Assembly: GCF_000143415.4 (NCBI RefSeq) | Contig: NW_003314334.1 | Location: forward strand, 741,891-805,890 | DNA from: Selaginella moellendorffii | Lineage: Eukaryota; Plantae; Lycopodiophyta | DNA: 64,000 nucleotides | Direction: 5' to 3' | Made by a program: the position numbers and the translations under genes | Notes under the pieces: model-generated | What the model was told of the DNA's origin: nothing | What the model saw: only the letters and a program-made list of their open reading frames with translations | The model's database searches: none | Shown here: piece by piece, positions 23,478 to 37,288 of the stretch | How the letters are laid out: each line of letters opens with the position of its first letter | How positions within the stretch are numbered: the first letter of the stretch is position 1

Positions 23478-25880
23478 ATCATTGTTTCTGCATGTGATGG
23501 AATCGGTTAGCATCTCTCACGGTTATAGATACCACCATCTTGGATACAGACTTGATAGCCGAGTGGCAATCCCCACACACATGAAAGATCTCCTTCGTGT
23601 CGGGAACGTAGCCAGCGTGCCACATTTCTCTCGCCAGCCTCTGGAGATCCGCGACGATATCTTCGCTGTGACGATGCGAAAGATCCCCCACCACGAAACT
23701 GTGAACTTCGCTGCCAAACTTGATCCCCGGAACTTTTCTCACTCGCCTCGACTTCATCAGGTTCCGGATCATCGACACCTTGTCCCTCCTCCAGATCGAC
23801 GAGTACATGTTCCAGAGAACCACGTATGCAGTCGTGTAGCGTCGAAGATCTTCGCCGTGACTTGCTCAGCTCAATCGGCTTCGCGGTGGATCAGGCGACA
23901 AGCTCCCAGCAGCGACATCCAGATCACGATGTCTGGAAGGAATGGCATCGAGTTGATGACGGTGCTCAGAGTTCTTCATGCAGAAATAGCGCTCTCTCCT
24001 CGGCACCATCCCCAAGCAGACGAAGTGGTCCCAGCCCTCGGCCACGAGACCGAGATTCATAAGATGGAAGACTTCCCCGTTTCGAGCATAAGCCCACACC
24101 AAGGTCATCTAGGAAACGAAGCTGCGCATCTTCATGCTCTCAATCATGCTCCTGGCGGCGCCGAGATCGCTCAAAAACTTGCAGCAGACGATGGTCTTGC
24201 CTGGAAGAACCTCACGGCCCCGCCAAAGTGCCCACTCTCGGCATACGCGAGGAGCATCACGCTCCACCAGACTGGATTCTTTTCCGGGATTTGAACGAAG
24301 ATTTTCTTCGCGAGGGCGACAAAGCCTTGGTAAGCTAAGCTTGCACAATTGCCGTCCACGCCACCACGTCCTTATCCGGCATGGAATCAAAGACCTCTCT
24401 CGCGTTGGCAAAATCCCTTCTTTGGGCATTCTCGTAGTTCTCCGGAGCCGATGGAACACCCTGTCCAATTCTTCCAGGAATCATTCTGCGGATAGCACAG
24501 CAGTAGATTCGTCCACGACATGGCCGGCATTCTATCAAAACTCGATTTTGCTGCCTCGATTTTCCCCTGCGCGAGTGCTGTGATCATAGCTCTGGAACAC
24601 GATCGATCACCGCCGGGCAGTCCCGGATCTGGATGCCGGCACATATCCAGCGATCATCGGGTTCCACGAGACAAGATCACGAAACTCCATCCCGTCAAAA
24701 GTGTCTTGGCAAGCTCAAGTTGCCCGAACTGGGGATACAGTGTAATGAGCAAGTTCTAAGATGCCACGTCATGATCCGCCATGGAATCGAAGATATTCTT
24801 CTCCTGGTCGAGATTGGAGCTCCGGATATAGGACCTCACGATCACTTTGCAGAACAAGAGATTCCAGTGGGGCATTCGATCAAAGAGGCTCTTGGATCGC
24901 GCAATATTCCCCTCCCTGGCACATTCGATCGAAGAGCCGGGATGCGATCGAAGAGCTCGGCGGCATTGAAGGTGTTCCCAGGAGTATTTCGGTGATCAAG
25001 AGAGATCGCGCATCCGCAGCGCTGCCGCAGCGCCCATACAACTGGATGAGGAGATTGGCGAAGAAAATATCCTTGCCACGGCCAGCAGCCCTCACGAGAT
25101 CGGCCAGGAAATGCCGCTCCTCTAGCCCTGCGATCGCAGCAGTCATTCGCCCCGACATTGCTCTCGTTTTGGTTCTCGTGATCATAGGCGACCATTGATC
25201 GCGGGCGATTTGGATCTTCCCCAAATGGCTGCAAGCCGAGAGGATGGTGATGAACGACACAAGATCGATCCTCACTCCACCGTCGGGCGTGGCCTCGTGG
25301 AAGAGTTGGATGGCTTGCTCAGTTTGGGCATATGCTTCCATCATCAAGTTCCAGGCCGCAAGATGCGATCGTTTGACAGCATCCCGGAAGAGATCGTGAA
25401 TTGCTGCTGGACGAGTTTGATTCACGCTTACGCTCACGATGGCCGCGTGATCGAGGCTAGAACTGTGCTCGCCGCAATGCCCACGAGAGTAGAGGATCGC
25501 GTAACGTTCCATCTCGGCATTTGGTGCTGGATCTTGAGGGCGTCCTCCATTCTCCCGGCCTGGCCGAGCATTGCGACAAGCATATCAAGTCCCTTGTGGG
25601 CATTTGGTGGTGGATCGCCATCGACATGCCCGTGCTGGGCATAGGCGGCAGCGATTGCTGTAGGCAACTGTGGCATTCGATCAAACAGCAGCTTCGGTCT
25701 GTCCAGGATGCCGTTTTCCATCAGCCCATTCCAAGACACGAGATTCTGCTGGGCCATCCGGGAAAACATCCTCTCGGCCTCTTCTACAAGGCATAGCCCG
25801 ACACTATTGTTGTCCACGAAACCAAGTCCCTCGTCACCATTGTCTCAAACACACCTCGAGCCTAATTCCCGATGTGCATG
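23478..25880 (-). pseudogene. PLS-E-E+-DYW PPR pseudogene (possibly two fused relics)
   Basis: FFANLLIQLYGRCGSAADAR, AREVFDSMPDKDVVAWTAIV, KVPG...[17 protein letters not shown] and [25 protein letters not shown] (DYW). Confidence 0.9.
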
Positions 25881-25884
25881 AAAG

Positions 25885-26580
25885 CTCTCACCAATGAAGT
25901 TGATAGTATTGAGGTTAGTGAGATCCAGGTGGCCTTGCCAGGTTACTGGAGGATTTTTGAGTCATGATTCTTGGTTTATCAAATATAAATCCATTGTTTC
26001 TTTTCATGGTATCATATCTTGGGACGATGGCTCTCATTAGTGAGGCGGAGGATGAGCCACCTTAATCAGAAGTGGATGGCACTTGTTGGCTGACAAGAAG
26101 GTGAGCCACAAGATCATGGTTGCTGCACTAGAGCCCAGATCAGGGCAGAGGCACTGGGTGCTGACTGAGACAGACAAGTGTTGCTAGAGGAGGTGATGCC
26201 AGGGAGCAAGCTGTGTGCTGTGTGTGGTGTGGAGTACAAGTTGTGCTCTAGATGCTGCCAGTAGAGGTGTTGGACAGTGCTGGACGTGCTGTCTAGAGGC
26301 GCTGGGAAGAGCCGCTGCTGAGGCGACACATGATGGGTGCTTTGAAAGGCACTGGATGGAGGATCCAGAGGAGGAGCAGTTTCAGTAAAAATTCAACGTA
26401 AACCATCAATATGTTCACCTGAGAGCAATAGTGTTGTTGGTCAATCCCATACATGTATTGAAGTAGGGATGATGAGAGAAGAGCAGGCTCATTTTAGGGC
26501 AAACGTGGCCTAGATGAAATGCAATTTGTATGGATCATAGTGGCACGATCCAGGGCCTCAATACAACGCAGGTCACCTTG
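25885..26580 (+). pseudogene. Degenerate gene relic, possibly F-box-associated type
   Basis: ADKKVSHKIMVA-like segment; paralog at 60590-60908. Identity is weak. Confidence 0.3.
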
Positions 26581-26647
26581 AGAGAGCAGTTGAGGATGAG
26601 AGGGAGACCTAGATACTCAAAAGGAATATAAGAGGGAGACTTCCAAT

Positions 26648-29460
26648 GGACACCTGGTGTCTCGGTTGGAGACGATTTCGCTTGGAACGCCATGGAACCT
26701 CACCACCTCCCTCCAGAAGATCTCTACCACCTTCTTTGAAGCTGAGGACGAGAGCTGGCGCTGATGGAGAAGGTAAATGCTTGAGAAGACCAGGTGTTGC
26801 GACTATCTCTGGACACTCCCTGATCCAAGTGCGTATCTCACACTCCATTCCTTTCCACACGACCCCCGGATGCCCCGCGAGAATGCCTTGGTGAAGATGA
26901 TCTTGCAGAATCCTTCCTTTCTTCTAGAGCAAGCCGTCATGGAAGGAAATCTTCGCGTCGTTGAAGTTGTTGTCTCCTTCGAGTGGTCATCGTTGGATTA
27001 GCCCTCTATGATTTCTGGTGTGACAACTGACCTCCGGCTTTTCAAACATCCTTGAGAGCGCATCAGGGACGACGTTTGTTTTCCCTGGCTTATACTCAAT
27101 CGTGAAATCGATTGATTGAAGCTGCCTCTGCTTTTTGTTAAGGCGAGGCTGCTCGAGAAGAAATTTCATACTGAAGTGATCCGTGCGACCTCGCAGTGCC
27201 TCCACTTTGTCAATCATACGCCGGCTGGCGAGACTCCACTTCCAAGAATCTTTTGCTCTCGAACTTCAAGATCGCTCCCACTCCTGCATCCGAGGCATCG
27301 TCTCCACGATGAACTGCTTCTCAAAGTCTGGAAGTTGAAGAATCGGAGCCGAAAAGTTCGAACGTTGACTGTGCGTTCTCGTCCCACGAAAACCTGCCTA
27401 CACGAATGATGTCCGTCAGAGGCGACGCAACGGAAGCATAGTGCTCCACAGACTTCCAGAGGTAGTTACAGAGCCTGAGAAAAGCATGGAGCTACTTCAT
27501 GCTGGTGAGAGACCTCTCGTCGCCTCCATTTTTGTTGGATCGGCTCACATTTGGCCCGCTCGTATCTGGAAGCCTAAGTACTTTGCTTCTTGCTTGGCAA
27601 AGCAGCATGTTGAGAGTTTGACGATCAGCGCATGATCCTCTAGCACTTGCAAAACCTCGTCGATGTGTATAAGGTGTTCTTCCCAGGATCGACTGTAGAC
27701 GAGGATGTCGTCGAAAAATACAATGACCGATCTTGTTCATGAGAGACTGAAAGGTGGCCAGGATGGTGAGCCCTCACCTTAAACTGGTAAAACCCCTCTC
27801 TGAGTCTGAAATGCTGTCTTCATCCTGTCCTTCTCTGCCATGGATATTTGATAATATGCAGATCGCAAATCTAGCTCGGAGAAATAGCTGCTTCACCGAG
27901 TCCATCAATTAAGTTGGGATGGAGAGTGACGTTGTTGAGCTGTCTGTAATCAACGCCCAGTCTCCACGAGCCGTCACGTTTTAGCACCAAGATTATTGGT
28001 GCCGTGTAAGGACTGAAACTGTCCTCTTTAAGAGGTTGTCCATGAGCTCCTTGATCATCTTATCCACCTCGCTCTACATGGCTCAGCTGAATGAAAGTCG
28101 TGACGATCCCTTTCTCGAGTTGGATCTTGTGCGTGATTGCTTCATGAGCACAAACTCGGTTGAGGAAGACCCACTTCCTTGCCACCTCACGAATGGCTTC
28201 CGTGGTGTACTGCTTCTTCCAACGACCTGGTTCTCTCTGGTTCCCGTGACTGGAGAAGTCGGAACTTGGTACATGGTTGGACCTTGCAGCTAGGCCTGAG
28301 AAAGCTGAAGATGTCGTTTCGAAAGGATCTCTTCTGGTTCCCATCCATTGGAAGAAGAATCCCTGTTTCTGAATCATACGCCATGGGACATCCTCCTCTC
28401 GCGATCAACCCCCGGCATTGTCCAGCGGTTGCCCGTGTCTTCTTTCCAATGTCCACTCCCCCCTCCAGACGATCTTGCTCCCCTGGTGATTGAAGGAGAG
28501 ACGATGGTCATCAAAGTTGACGAGAATGTCCCCAAAGAGGCGAAGTGTTTCGATGCCCAGGATGAAGAACTCTCCTTTCACTTGGTGACCACCAATGAGC
28601 ATCGAGAATGAGACCCGGGCAGACGCCTCGATGACTCCCTTGTCCGCTATCGACACCTCTAGAGGAGTCTTCTGTGGACGCGCTGCGAGCTGCAGCTTAG
28701 ATAGAGAATGTTGGTTGACGGTGTCACTCCCGAGTCAATTAATGCGAATGCTTCCTGCTAATCGTTCCTTTGACTCGGAAACAAGTACCCGCAGCTTTTC
28801 CCATAAAGGCCGGATAGGAGATGCATGGCTTCGCCACAGAAAGTTCTCCCTCAAGCCCCGCGTCTACCTCTTCTCGCTGCTCCGGAGGCCAATGTGGTAC
28901 ATCGGTCTCTTGTCCGAGACCTGGAATTGCATCACCACGAACTTTGTTTTCGACGTCAGTTGTCCTCTATGCGCCTTGCAAACTTCCCAATGAACATTTC
29001 CCAAGCTTGAGGTCATCGCTTCCCTTTACTTGCATTGTTTCCGCTGATCGGGGGTTGGCATACCACTCTGGGGTGGCTCCGGCCCTCGTTGTCTCCTTTG
29101 GTGGCCCTTGCCTCCATCGGCCGGAAAGACGAGCTTCCCACTCGTGGAACTTGAGATCCGTGTTTAATGCTAATGCCATCGCTTGCTGGACCGAGCGAGG
29201 AGATAGCTGAGCTATTTCGGTTGCCATTGCGATGCTAGGTAACGTTGCATCAAAGCATCCTCCGGGATGTTGGTCACCTCGTATCTCGCCTTAAGCCACG
29301 TCTCGTTGAATTCCTGAGCGTCTGGGACTTAAATCTGTACACCATTCCGCAGAGTTTGTTGAAGGGAAGCTCTCCCACGGACTTGATGATAATGCTCCCG
29401 AATCCTTTGCTTGAACTCCTCCCAACTGGAAGCCTGGTTTTACAGTCTCGATCGAGATGG
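26648..29460 (-). mobile_element. Inverted internal fragment (gag to integrase) of the same chromovirus
   Basis: Reverse complement of ~16710-19425 and ~50520-53260, with the same lesions. Confidence 0.92.
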
Positions 29461-29922
29461 GACTCGGTCTTGTCATCATAGCTCAGCTACATAGAAAATA
29501 TTTAGTTTACCAGCATAACAAAGAAAAGAAAAGAGAACTTGATATACCACTACTGTATTCTCTTTAAGTGCAGCATCCATCTCAAAAACGTGTAGCTTGA
29601 CAATTGGGATTGTTATCATGCTTTGTGTGCCACCTCCAGACTTGCAATCGTGGAGGGTGCTCCCATTCATGTGCAGTCCAGTTAACACTTTGCATGTGAC
29701 ACATGTCACAGCACTTTTTTCTTTCGCCTCAGGCAAATGGCCACCTCCAGAGCAAACATCAACACGATTATTGCTAAGATGTGGTTAAAAAAATAACCTT
29801 TTTACAATTAACCCCCATCAGACGGCTGCAATTGACTGGATCTGGTGGCACTCCTACAGTTCCTTTTCATGTTATTTAAATAACCTATATAGGATTACTT
29901 ATTAGGGCTTGACAGCTTGGGT

Positions 29923-30779
29923 ATGGAGATTACTAGTAGGAGCATTCCATTGTGGTGGTTCTTCTTACCTGTTTCAATTATCATGACCTGGGCAATTAGT
30001 TTCTATGTCTTCACCATCTATATCACATTTTATCCTCCAAAGTGGAATTGCCCAAGTGGTGTTCTTTATTGTCAAAGAGACTGCAATGCACTAAACCCTG
30101 GCTACCATTGGGGTGTTACATCACATTACATGGCCTATGTGAAAATTGGGCCAAAATACTCTGCCATCCGATATTGGCAGCTTGTTTGCTTCACTCATCA
30201 TGTATATACGTTTTTATCAGTGGGCTATATTACTGGAGGTAATATTAGAACAGCTGTATAAAATATTATTGCTAAACTGATTTTACAGTTATTGTTGGAA
30301 TCGTTACTCTCTTCCACTACAGGTTCTTTATGCTAGTTAGTATTTTTATTGGAGCAGCTAGTGCATTAGCTAGCACATATGTCTCAAATCGCTCCTGGTT
30401 TATCATTTGGCAAGTTTTATCTGCAACAGCACATTCTTGTGCAGGAACATCAGCCGTAATGAGATGGTTCATGGAATCACCTTATTTTATTGGTTGGAAA
30501 AGATGGCTTTTTCCAAATCATGGGTTTGCCGACTGCCAGGGGGGAGATTACAACCTTATAGGTGAAGTAATTAGTGAATATCCTATATGGTCTATTTGTG
30601 TGCCAGGTTGCATACCTATCACTTTTGTATGTAAACATCTATATCCAGACTGGAGGTGGGGAAACAGGATGGTGTGTGTCATGGACTCTATTGTTGTTGT
30701 GGTGTTAATGGGAGAAATGTTAGGACGAGTTTTGATGAACAAAAGAAACAGTGGGAGAGTAGCAAATGTTTCCAATTAA
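29923..30779 (+). CDS. OCT/SLC22-like half-MFS membrane protein, 268 aa (exons 29923-30238, 30289-30779)
   Basis: Intact spliced frame, same 50-nt intron and same stop as its paralogs. Confidence 0.72.
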
Positions 30780-30940
30780 GCATGTAATATTAAAGAGTTT
30801 GAACTTTGGGCTGGTTAAAATGAGAATTCACGTGCCACCACAGATAATGCAAGTGTTCACAGGTTTTTTTTAACATATAGCAGCATAGACAAGAAATCAC
30901 CTCTAAACATTAAACATTGCACACCTTCTAAATGAAAATG

Positions 30941-30977
<37 letters not shown>

Positions 30978-31099
30978 CCCAGTCTACCAGTGCCTTTATG
31001 CCTTAAGAAGTTCTTCAAAAGATATCTTCCAAAGACAACCTCACTGCTAAGGACTTCTATGTACTGGTGTGGTTTTGGTTTTTGGTGCTAGGGTAATTC

Positions 31100-31670
31100 T
31101 CTCTTTTCACATGCTGGAGAAGATTCATTTCAGCGCTTTTCTTCTGGCGTAGATACATGGCTACTTGGTTTACCACTTTTGTTTGTTTGGCTCTTTCTTT
31201 TTTCTGAGCTCTTTGAAAGAGTTTAAACACATTTGAGAGGTGGTAATGATTTGTTGAGCACAACTAGAAGTTTAGCAGTTTTTTTCTTTTCAGAGACGAC
31301 CATCGAGCTGTTGAAGACAGGGTTCTATGCCAAAGAGCTCAATTGCTACATTCAGAGGCTTCATTTGTATGGAAAAGCTGGCGTCGTCTCTCCAAAGGGA
31401 CTAACTTTATCGTTTCTTAGAGGATAGCATGGAAGACACTCAGGTAGTCTGAGTTTGTAAGAAATGATGAGACTGCTCAAACATGTCATCATCTAGGGTC
31501 CAAGGAATTGGATTTACAAAAGAAGGTAATGCTCTTCCATAATGTTATCCTTACAGAGGAAAGGATGACTCATACACTCACAAGATAGGCTTGTGGGATC
31601 AAACAAAACGGGTTATCAAAAATTTATTGGACCTTGTTCGAGATGTGGATCCTGATGCTCCAACTTGAGA
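31100..31670 (+). pseudogene. NUP107: Highly diverged NUP107 N-half relic
   Basis: gctggagaagattcattt, catttgtatggaaa, agaaatgatgagactgctcaaac, tccaaggaattggattta and gatcctgatgctccaact are shared with 4400-5035. Confidence 0.75.
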
Positions 31671-31690
31671 AGGCTTACAGTTGTATCATG

Positions 31691-31935
31691 CTGGAGTTTA
31701 TCTCCTCCGACAGGCAGCCCAAGACAGTGGTGGACACTGAAGAGCGACAGTTACGCAACTGATCACTTCGGAGATACTAGGTCATGTGGCACGGAATGGA
31801 TGAAGAACAGGACACTTGCGTAACAGACCAGGAGCCGAGGCAGCTATTTTGATGCTCTTCAGTGGACCACTCTGACTCAGGATATATTACAATCTTTCTC
31901 ATCTTGTCTCTCTTCCGTCCTTCCTCACCAGTCTA
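31691..31935 (+). mobile_element. Chromodomain/3' LTR fragment of the chromovirus family
   Basis: EFISSDRQPKTVVDTEERQLRN*SLRRY*VMWHGMDEEQDT, homologous to 19955-20050. Confidence 0.75.
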
Positions 31936-31939
31936 ATGC

Positions 31940-32490
31940 TCCACTGGTGCTGTGCTACTTGCTGCTACTGGTGGCAATGCCCAGGCAGGTGATGCTCAAG
32001 CTCGAAGGTCGTTGTCCCCTCTCTTGGCTCTCCTGGGGCTTTCCACCCTCACCGTTGCTATGGTGGAGAAGTAGAACAGCGATCAGACAGATTACCACCA
32101 CTTGGCCATCATGTTGGCCTTCATCGCTGCATTCTTGGGTTTCTTCTGTGTCTTTAGGCTCTTCACGATGATTGCCAAGTTGCCTGCTGGATGGGGACGA
32201 GGACTTGCGATCCTTTGTTCTTTGCTGGTGCTCAGTCTTGTATCTCCTGGGTTTTCGCTCGCGTTTCAGCACTAGCCGCCACATGTCTGAGGAATCTACG
32301 TCGTAGCATCAGCCTTTCCTCTTGGCTTGCACGGAGTTCTTCGTCTTACTTTCCCACGGTCAACCTTTGTACGTCGTGTTCTCGGTGTGTTTTCTCGTTT
32401 TGGGAGAAGGACTATGCCCATGCAGGAGGAGCTGCTCGTGCTATGCTCGTGCATACGGTCTTCTTTTTCTTCTGTTACAAAAATAGAAAG
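31940..32490 (+). pseudogene. Degenerate C-terminal domain of the 481-aa membrane protein family
   Basis: Homologous to the reverse complement of 38080-38700 (AQAGDAQAR, DYHHLAI, LPAG..RG), with stops. Confidence 0.8.
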
Positions 32491-32499
32491 TAGAAAGTC

Positions 32500-33200
32500 T
32501 TCTTGTATCTTTTTCTAATGCAAATGACTTGGATTTGAGAGAATTGGCTACTTCCTTCCGATTCTGAAGTAGAATGGAACTTCTGCGCTATCAGATTGTC
32601 CACGAACCACATCACTAGGACAATCTGCTCTCTGCAAGCTACAGTGTTTTGCATCAAGCGCTCGTGTCACAATGTACGCCATGCTCTTAGGCAGGCCAGA
32701 TGGCAAGACGAACAGAAAAAGCAACAAGCCATGTAGACTAACAGCAAACTAACGTGCCTAGACTCGCAAGTAAGTGTCAGAGAAATCGTATCCAGCATAT
32801 CCGAATTAATCCAGTGTCTGGATTATCAACAAAGACACAAGAAAGTTATAAGAGTTTCTAGCAATAGCTCTCTTACCTGCGGTACGATAGAGGACACCCA
32901 TCCTGCCAATCCCAATTTCCTGGGAGCGTTAACCAGCGACAACACCTGAAAAAGATTGCTCACGAACAAAGCCTCTACAATAAGTTCTCTACCATCGTGA
33001 ACAAACCGGTCTTGGAGACCAGTCGCTTCAGGGAAATCCGTGACTGCAGAAAGCAGCAAGAAAATTTTGTTTTGCTCTTTCAGTACAAGCATGACCAGAG
33101 GCTTGCATACCGTTGACTTCTTTATCCCGTACATACAAAGTCTCTCAAAGAATACATTAAACTCAAGGAGAGTGTAACTGTGATAGCTGTCAGCCTATCA
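32500..33200 (-). pseudogene. Diverged copy of the unidentified relic at 7960-8730
   Basis: Shared blocks aaagacacaagaaagttataagagtttctagcaata, ctcgcaagtaa and gctcttaggca. Confidence 0.5.
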
Positions 33201-33224
33201 GAAAAAAAAAAGAAGAAAAAGAAT

Positions 33225-34640
33225 CAGAATCCGAAGGAAAGCTCCAGCTACTCGCCGAGCATGAGATGGGGATATGTGAGCGTGAGAGCGGTGAGGAAAG
33301 GACTGCAGAGAGATAAGATGAGAAAGATAGTAATATATCCTCCGTACTCTTTCCCTCTGTTCCCCTGTCCATACGTGTTCAAGTTCACAAACAGCTACCT
33401 AAAGCTGAATTTCCCCTTTAACCATGGGTTAGTGTTGAAGATCGATTATGAGAACTTTGGAACGTCTGCATGAAGAAAAGCAAACGAATGAGGAACAAAA
33501 ACTGATCGAGTTTTTCAAAATACCATTAACTCGGTCCTCAAGAAAAACAAGGAAGAAAAAAAAAAATCATGACTCCATATTTCCTGGAAGCTAAGTTCTT
33601 CAGGGCAAACTTGACACCATAGGCACTGGATAAGCTTTCGATGTTTAGGGGAAATTCATGTATAAAGATGCTTTTAAAACTACTGGACGTGGGAACAGAG
33701 GGAAAGAGTACGAAGGATATATTACTGTCTTTCTCATCTTATCTCCCTGCAGTCCTTCCTCACCGCTCTCACGCTCCCCATGCTCGGCGAGTAGCTGGAG
33801 CTTTCCTTTGGATCTCTTTTCCCTCTCCCTTGCTCGATAACAGTGGTATCGTAGCCACTTCGTCTGGGACACACGCTCGAGCGTCGTGAAGGAGACCAGT
33901 CGTTGGAAGTCGGCTATCAGGTAAAGCGGCCGGAATGTTTCGTTTCGCTTTCACAGTTTTTGGTGACCGATCTTCTCTGGACTGGTCATGGATAAAGGGA
34001 GGGAGGGGATTCATAAACCCTTGTTCTTCCTTGGTGTGAGGCGGGCAATGGCGGCACCATAGAGGCGGCCGAAGGCGGCGATTTCCCAAGGTTTAGTCTT
34101 GATGTTTTCGCAGCACAAGAGAAGATGATAAGGTGCATATCCGATCGGCAGGAAGATCTGGACGACAGGTTGCGGGTCTTAGGAGCTGCAGTGACCAGGC
34201 CGATGGGGGACTCCGGAAAGAGGAGGGAGTTAGGCGCCGACCTTTCGAGTTCCAAGTACCACCATTCAGCGGGAGCACGGTAGGGGAGTAAGCCTTCACT
34301 TTTGGGACAACAGCTTCAGAGTTTCCCATTCCAATGCGCGGGGGAGCCAGCGAGCCGATACAAAGTAGCACCCATGCAGACTCAGGGATTCTTCACGTTC
34401 TCAGCGGGAGTTTCCGTGTAATGGTCCTTCCCGGAGAGGCAGAGTGGGCAGGACAACAGGTGGGGCGGGTGGGGGGAATCCATTCCAATCCACGAGAACT
34501 AGTTTAGGGAGTCTGGACCCTCTCGGGCTGGGTGGAGTGCGTGGGACTCATGGCTGCGCAAGTTGAAGAGGTGGTTTCTATACTGTGGTCATCGCGATTC
34601 GCACAAGGTAGCCGGCTCTCCACTTAAAAGCCTGGCCTCT
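33225..34640 (+). mobile_element. LTR inverted-repeat cassette + PBS + 5' gag fragment of the chromovirus
   Basis: Inverted LTR arm at 33225-33372, LTR arm at 33684-33842, PBS TGGTATCGTAGCC at 33844-33856, gag start truncated at ~34640. Confidence 0.88.
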
Positions 34641-35429
34641 ACCTCAGTATAGAGAATTTCCTTGATCTCAACTATGGGGCATTTTTCACTCCCGTAGCTA
34701 GAAACAATGGAAAAAGTCACCAATGAACATTGGCTATCAAGAACAAAGAACACATACCAGACGTGGAATGAAGTTTTGCATGAAGTGCCATAAATGTTGT
34801 AGAACTTAAAATCTTTTGGAAGTTTTGTAAAGAACCATAAACAGTAAGACTCATTTGCCCACTCAAAAATGCATCTATTGAAAGGTATACGTTGGTAAGT
34901 CTCTCCTGTTTTATATCCCTTGTATATATACTCAAGTTTATCTTAACTCAAAAAAACCTTGTGATTAGTTTTAGCACTAAATTTGTTCTTGCTGGGAGAG
35001 GCCACCAAATCCAGCCAATGGCAGCAAGGTAATTGTAAAAGGGTTATCTCTTTAACCACATTTTAGTGAATAATAGTGTTAATGGTTACTCTCAGTCAAT
35101 GGGAGGTGGCCAATTGTGTGGGGTGAAAGAAAAAGGCATTACAACATGTATCACATGCAAAGTGTTGACTAATATTGGCACTCAACTTTTTGCAATAGAG
35201 AACCTTTAAAGGTTTCGTGTAGAGCACCTAGGATGACAGCAGGCTTAACTATTGGCAGCTTCAAGTTGTGATTCAAGTTTATATTTCAATCTCTTTCCCT
35301 CGATTTAGGGTTTAGTGAGCTATGGTGTGTGCTCTTGCCAATCCCTGGCAATGGCACCTCACATTCATCCCAAATGCACAAATTCTTGCATAGTGCCCTT
35401 CTTTTATCGCTATGACTGCTGGTTTGTTA

Positions 35430-36020
35430 CCTCTTTTGGGAATTGAGACAAGCTACAATGCCACTAGAGTTACTGTTGTAAGTGGATTTTCTTGTAGTGA
35501 GATTGCATTTTCTCAAAACTTTTTATCAAGTCACTAGTGATGGAAAAATTTTGGGAGAGTCACTGAGATCATAGGTACTTTTTTTTTCTCTCTTCTTCAT
35601 TTTTATTCTATTTTGTTTTCAAGGTAGAGTTGATTTGAGAATATGGTGGTATGACACCTCTAGCAACATGTCTAAACCACAAGCAATTGATGAAGTAAGC
35701 TATTCTCCTTTCAATGGAAGTTTTGAGAGTTCTTTTTTGTTCTTTAGGTGGTGGCACAAGCTCTAGAGAATGCAAAAGTGAAAGAGTCAAAACTTGCAAT
35801 AGTAGTTGTGACAATTGGTCTTGGCTTGAGTTTATGCTTGGATAGTAATGTTCTTTGTGATGTTTCTTGAGCTTATTGTCGTGCCCAATGCTTAGAGGAT
35901 TATGTTGAGCATCACATTGAAGAATTACTTGGCATGTAATTTCTCAGGCACTGGCATTAGAGGAATTCACAACTTACATGCTTCTCATTGTGGCAAATCC
36001 ACATGGTCATCAAGATGGTA
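35430..36020 (+). pseudogene. tRNA threonylcarbamoyltransferase TsaD/GCP1 (Kae1 family) relic
   Basis: Exons LGIETSYNATRVTV|gt, TSDGKILGESLRS, YGGMTP..QAIDE|gt, VVAQALENAKVKESKLAIVVVTIGLGLSLCL and IRGIHNLHA correspond to LGIETSCDDT, YGGV.P, VAVTIGPGL and GVHHMEAH. Confidence 0.82.
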
Positions 36021-36289
36021 AGTTTTTTACTTTTTTTACCAAGTGAATTCATGGGTGTAGAGGTTATGATATTAGGTGCTAAGTGCTGGCCAGACTTTGA
36101 TAATGAGTTTTATCTTTTGCTAATTGTGTTGCCATAGTGATAGGAGTGTGGTATCAAAAGATTTTGGGTTATCCAGGTGGCAATATATAGTGCTCTTGTT
36201 AATCTAACCAATGACAAATTGTACTATTGAGGTGATAGATTATGTATATCTTTGGTGCCATCACCAAATCAAAATCCATTAGTGGCAGA

Positions 36290-37275
36290 GATTTGAATTC
36301 TATTTAATGGGTTATCCCAAGAGAGTGAATATTTTTTATATGAATAATTTTATTTTTAATTTATGAATAAAATAATCAACTTTACCTACTTATTCTATAT
36401 TTTAGGGCAAAATTAACTTTCATAATTTAATTTAAAAATATTTACAAATATAATAAGAAAATTATATTCTATACAAATGGCCTATCTAAATATCTAAAAC
36501 ATATAAAACCCAACACCATATTAAATGTGGTTGACTTAATTTTATGAATGTGTAAGGCTATGATCAAAACTTCAAGTGTTAATACAAAAACATTAAACAA
36601 CTTTAACAATAAGAGTACAAACTTTATTTTTATATGTAGCCTTAGCTATTTACAATCTAATTCATTAGCAAAAAAAAAACAGATAATATATGCAATATTT
36701 GATTAAACAGTATTTTAAAATCTTTTTCCTAACTGCAAATATAAGTTATTAGTATATGATTCTATGGAATATAATAGTTGAATTATAGTTTCTATAACAT
36801 ATATGTACAAATAATTATTTTCTTGACTGAATTTGGGTAATAATATATCAATGTTCCTAAAAACTTATTGTTTTATATTCTAAGTAAAATGCATAATTAA
36901 GTAATGTCTTGCAGTAATTATTCTCTTTTTTTTGATAAAGTATTAATTTAAGTTTATCAATAGAAAATTCATTTATACTCTTTTCTGGGTCAGGTATTTT
37001 TTAAAATATATTTATATTTCTAAATAATAATTTGTATCTTATATTTTATTAATGAATATTTATTCTTACTTATGCCTAGGAATATGTTTGTTCTAGATAT
37101 TTATATTATCAAATTTACAAGAATTGATTTTTGTATTAATCTAGCATTTTTTATGCATAATTCCCTCAATTCTTCTTTCAAAATGGAATACAATATTTAT
37201 TATTTTGATACTATTCTGATTTATTTTTTAATATATTAAAAGATCAAACAATATTTTACTAATAGCACAGCATTT
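36290..37275. other. Very AT-rich non-coding spacer
   Basis: Visibly AT-rich with no ORF. Confidence 0.8.
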
Positions 37276-37288
37276 TGTTTTCTAACAG

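Noticed and set aside
23482-24294. 270-aa plus-strand ORF (and the 280-aa ORF at 59740)
   Set aside because: Antisense to PPR pseudogenes.
32478-33134. SAM-methyltransferase identity for the unidentified relic
   Set aside because: Only a vague C-terminal YF.I.R resemblance; no glycine-rich motif I.
36290-37275. MITE or Helitron in the AT-rich tract
   Set aside because: No terminal inverted repeats, TSD or hairpin-CTRR end could be identified by eye.
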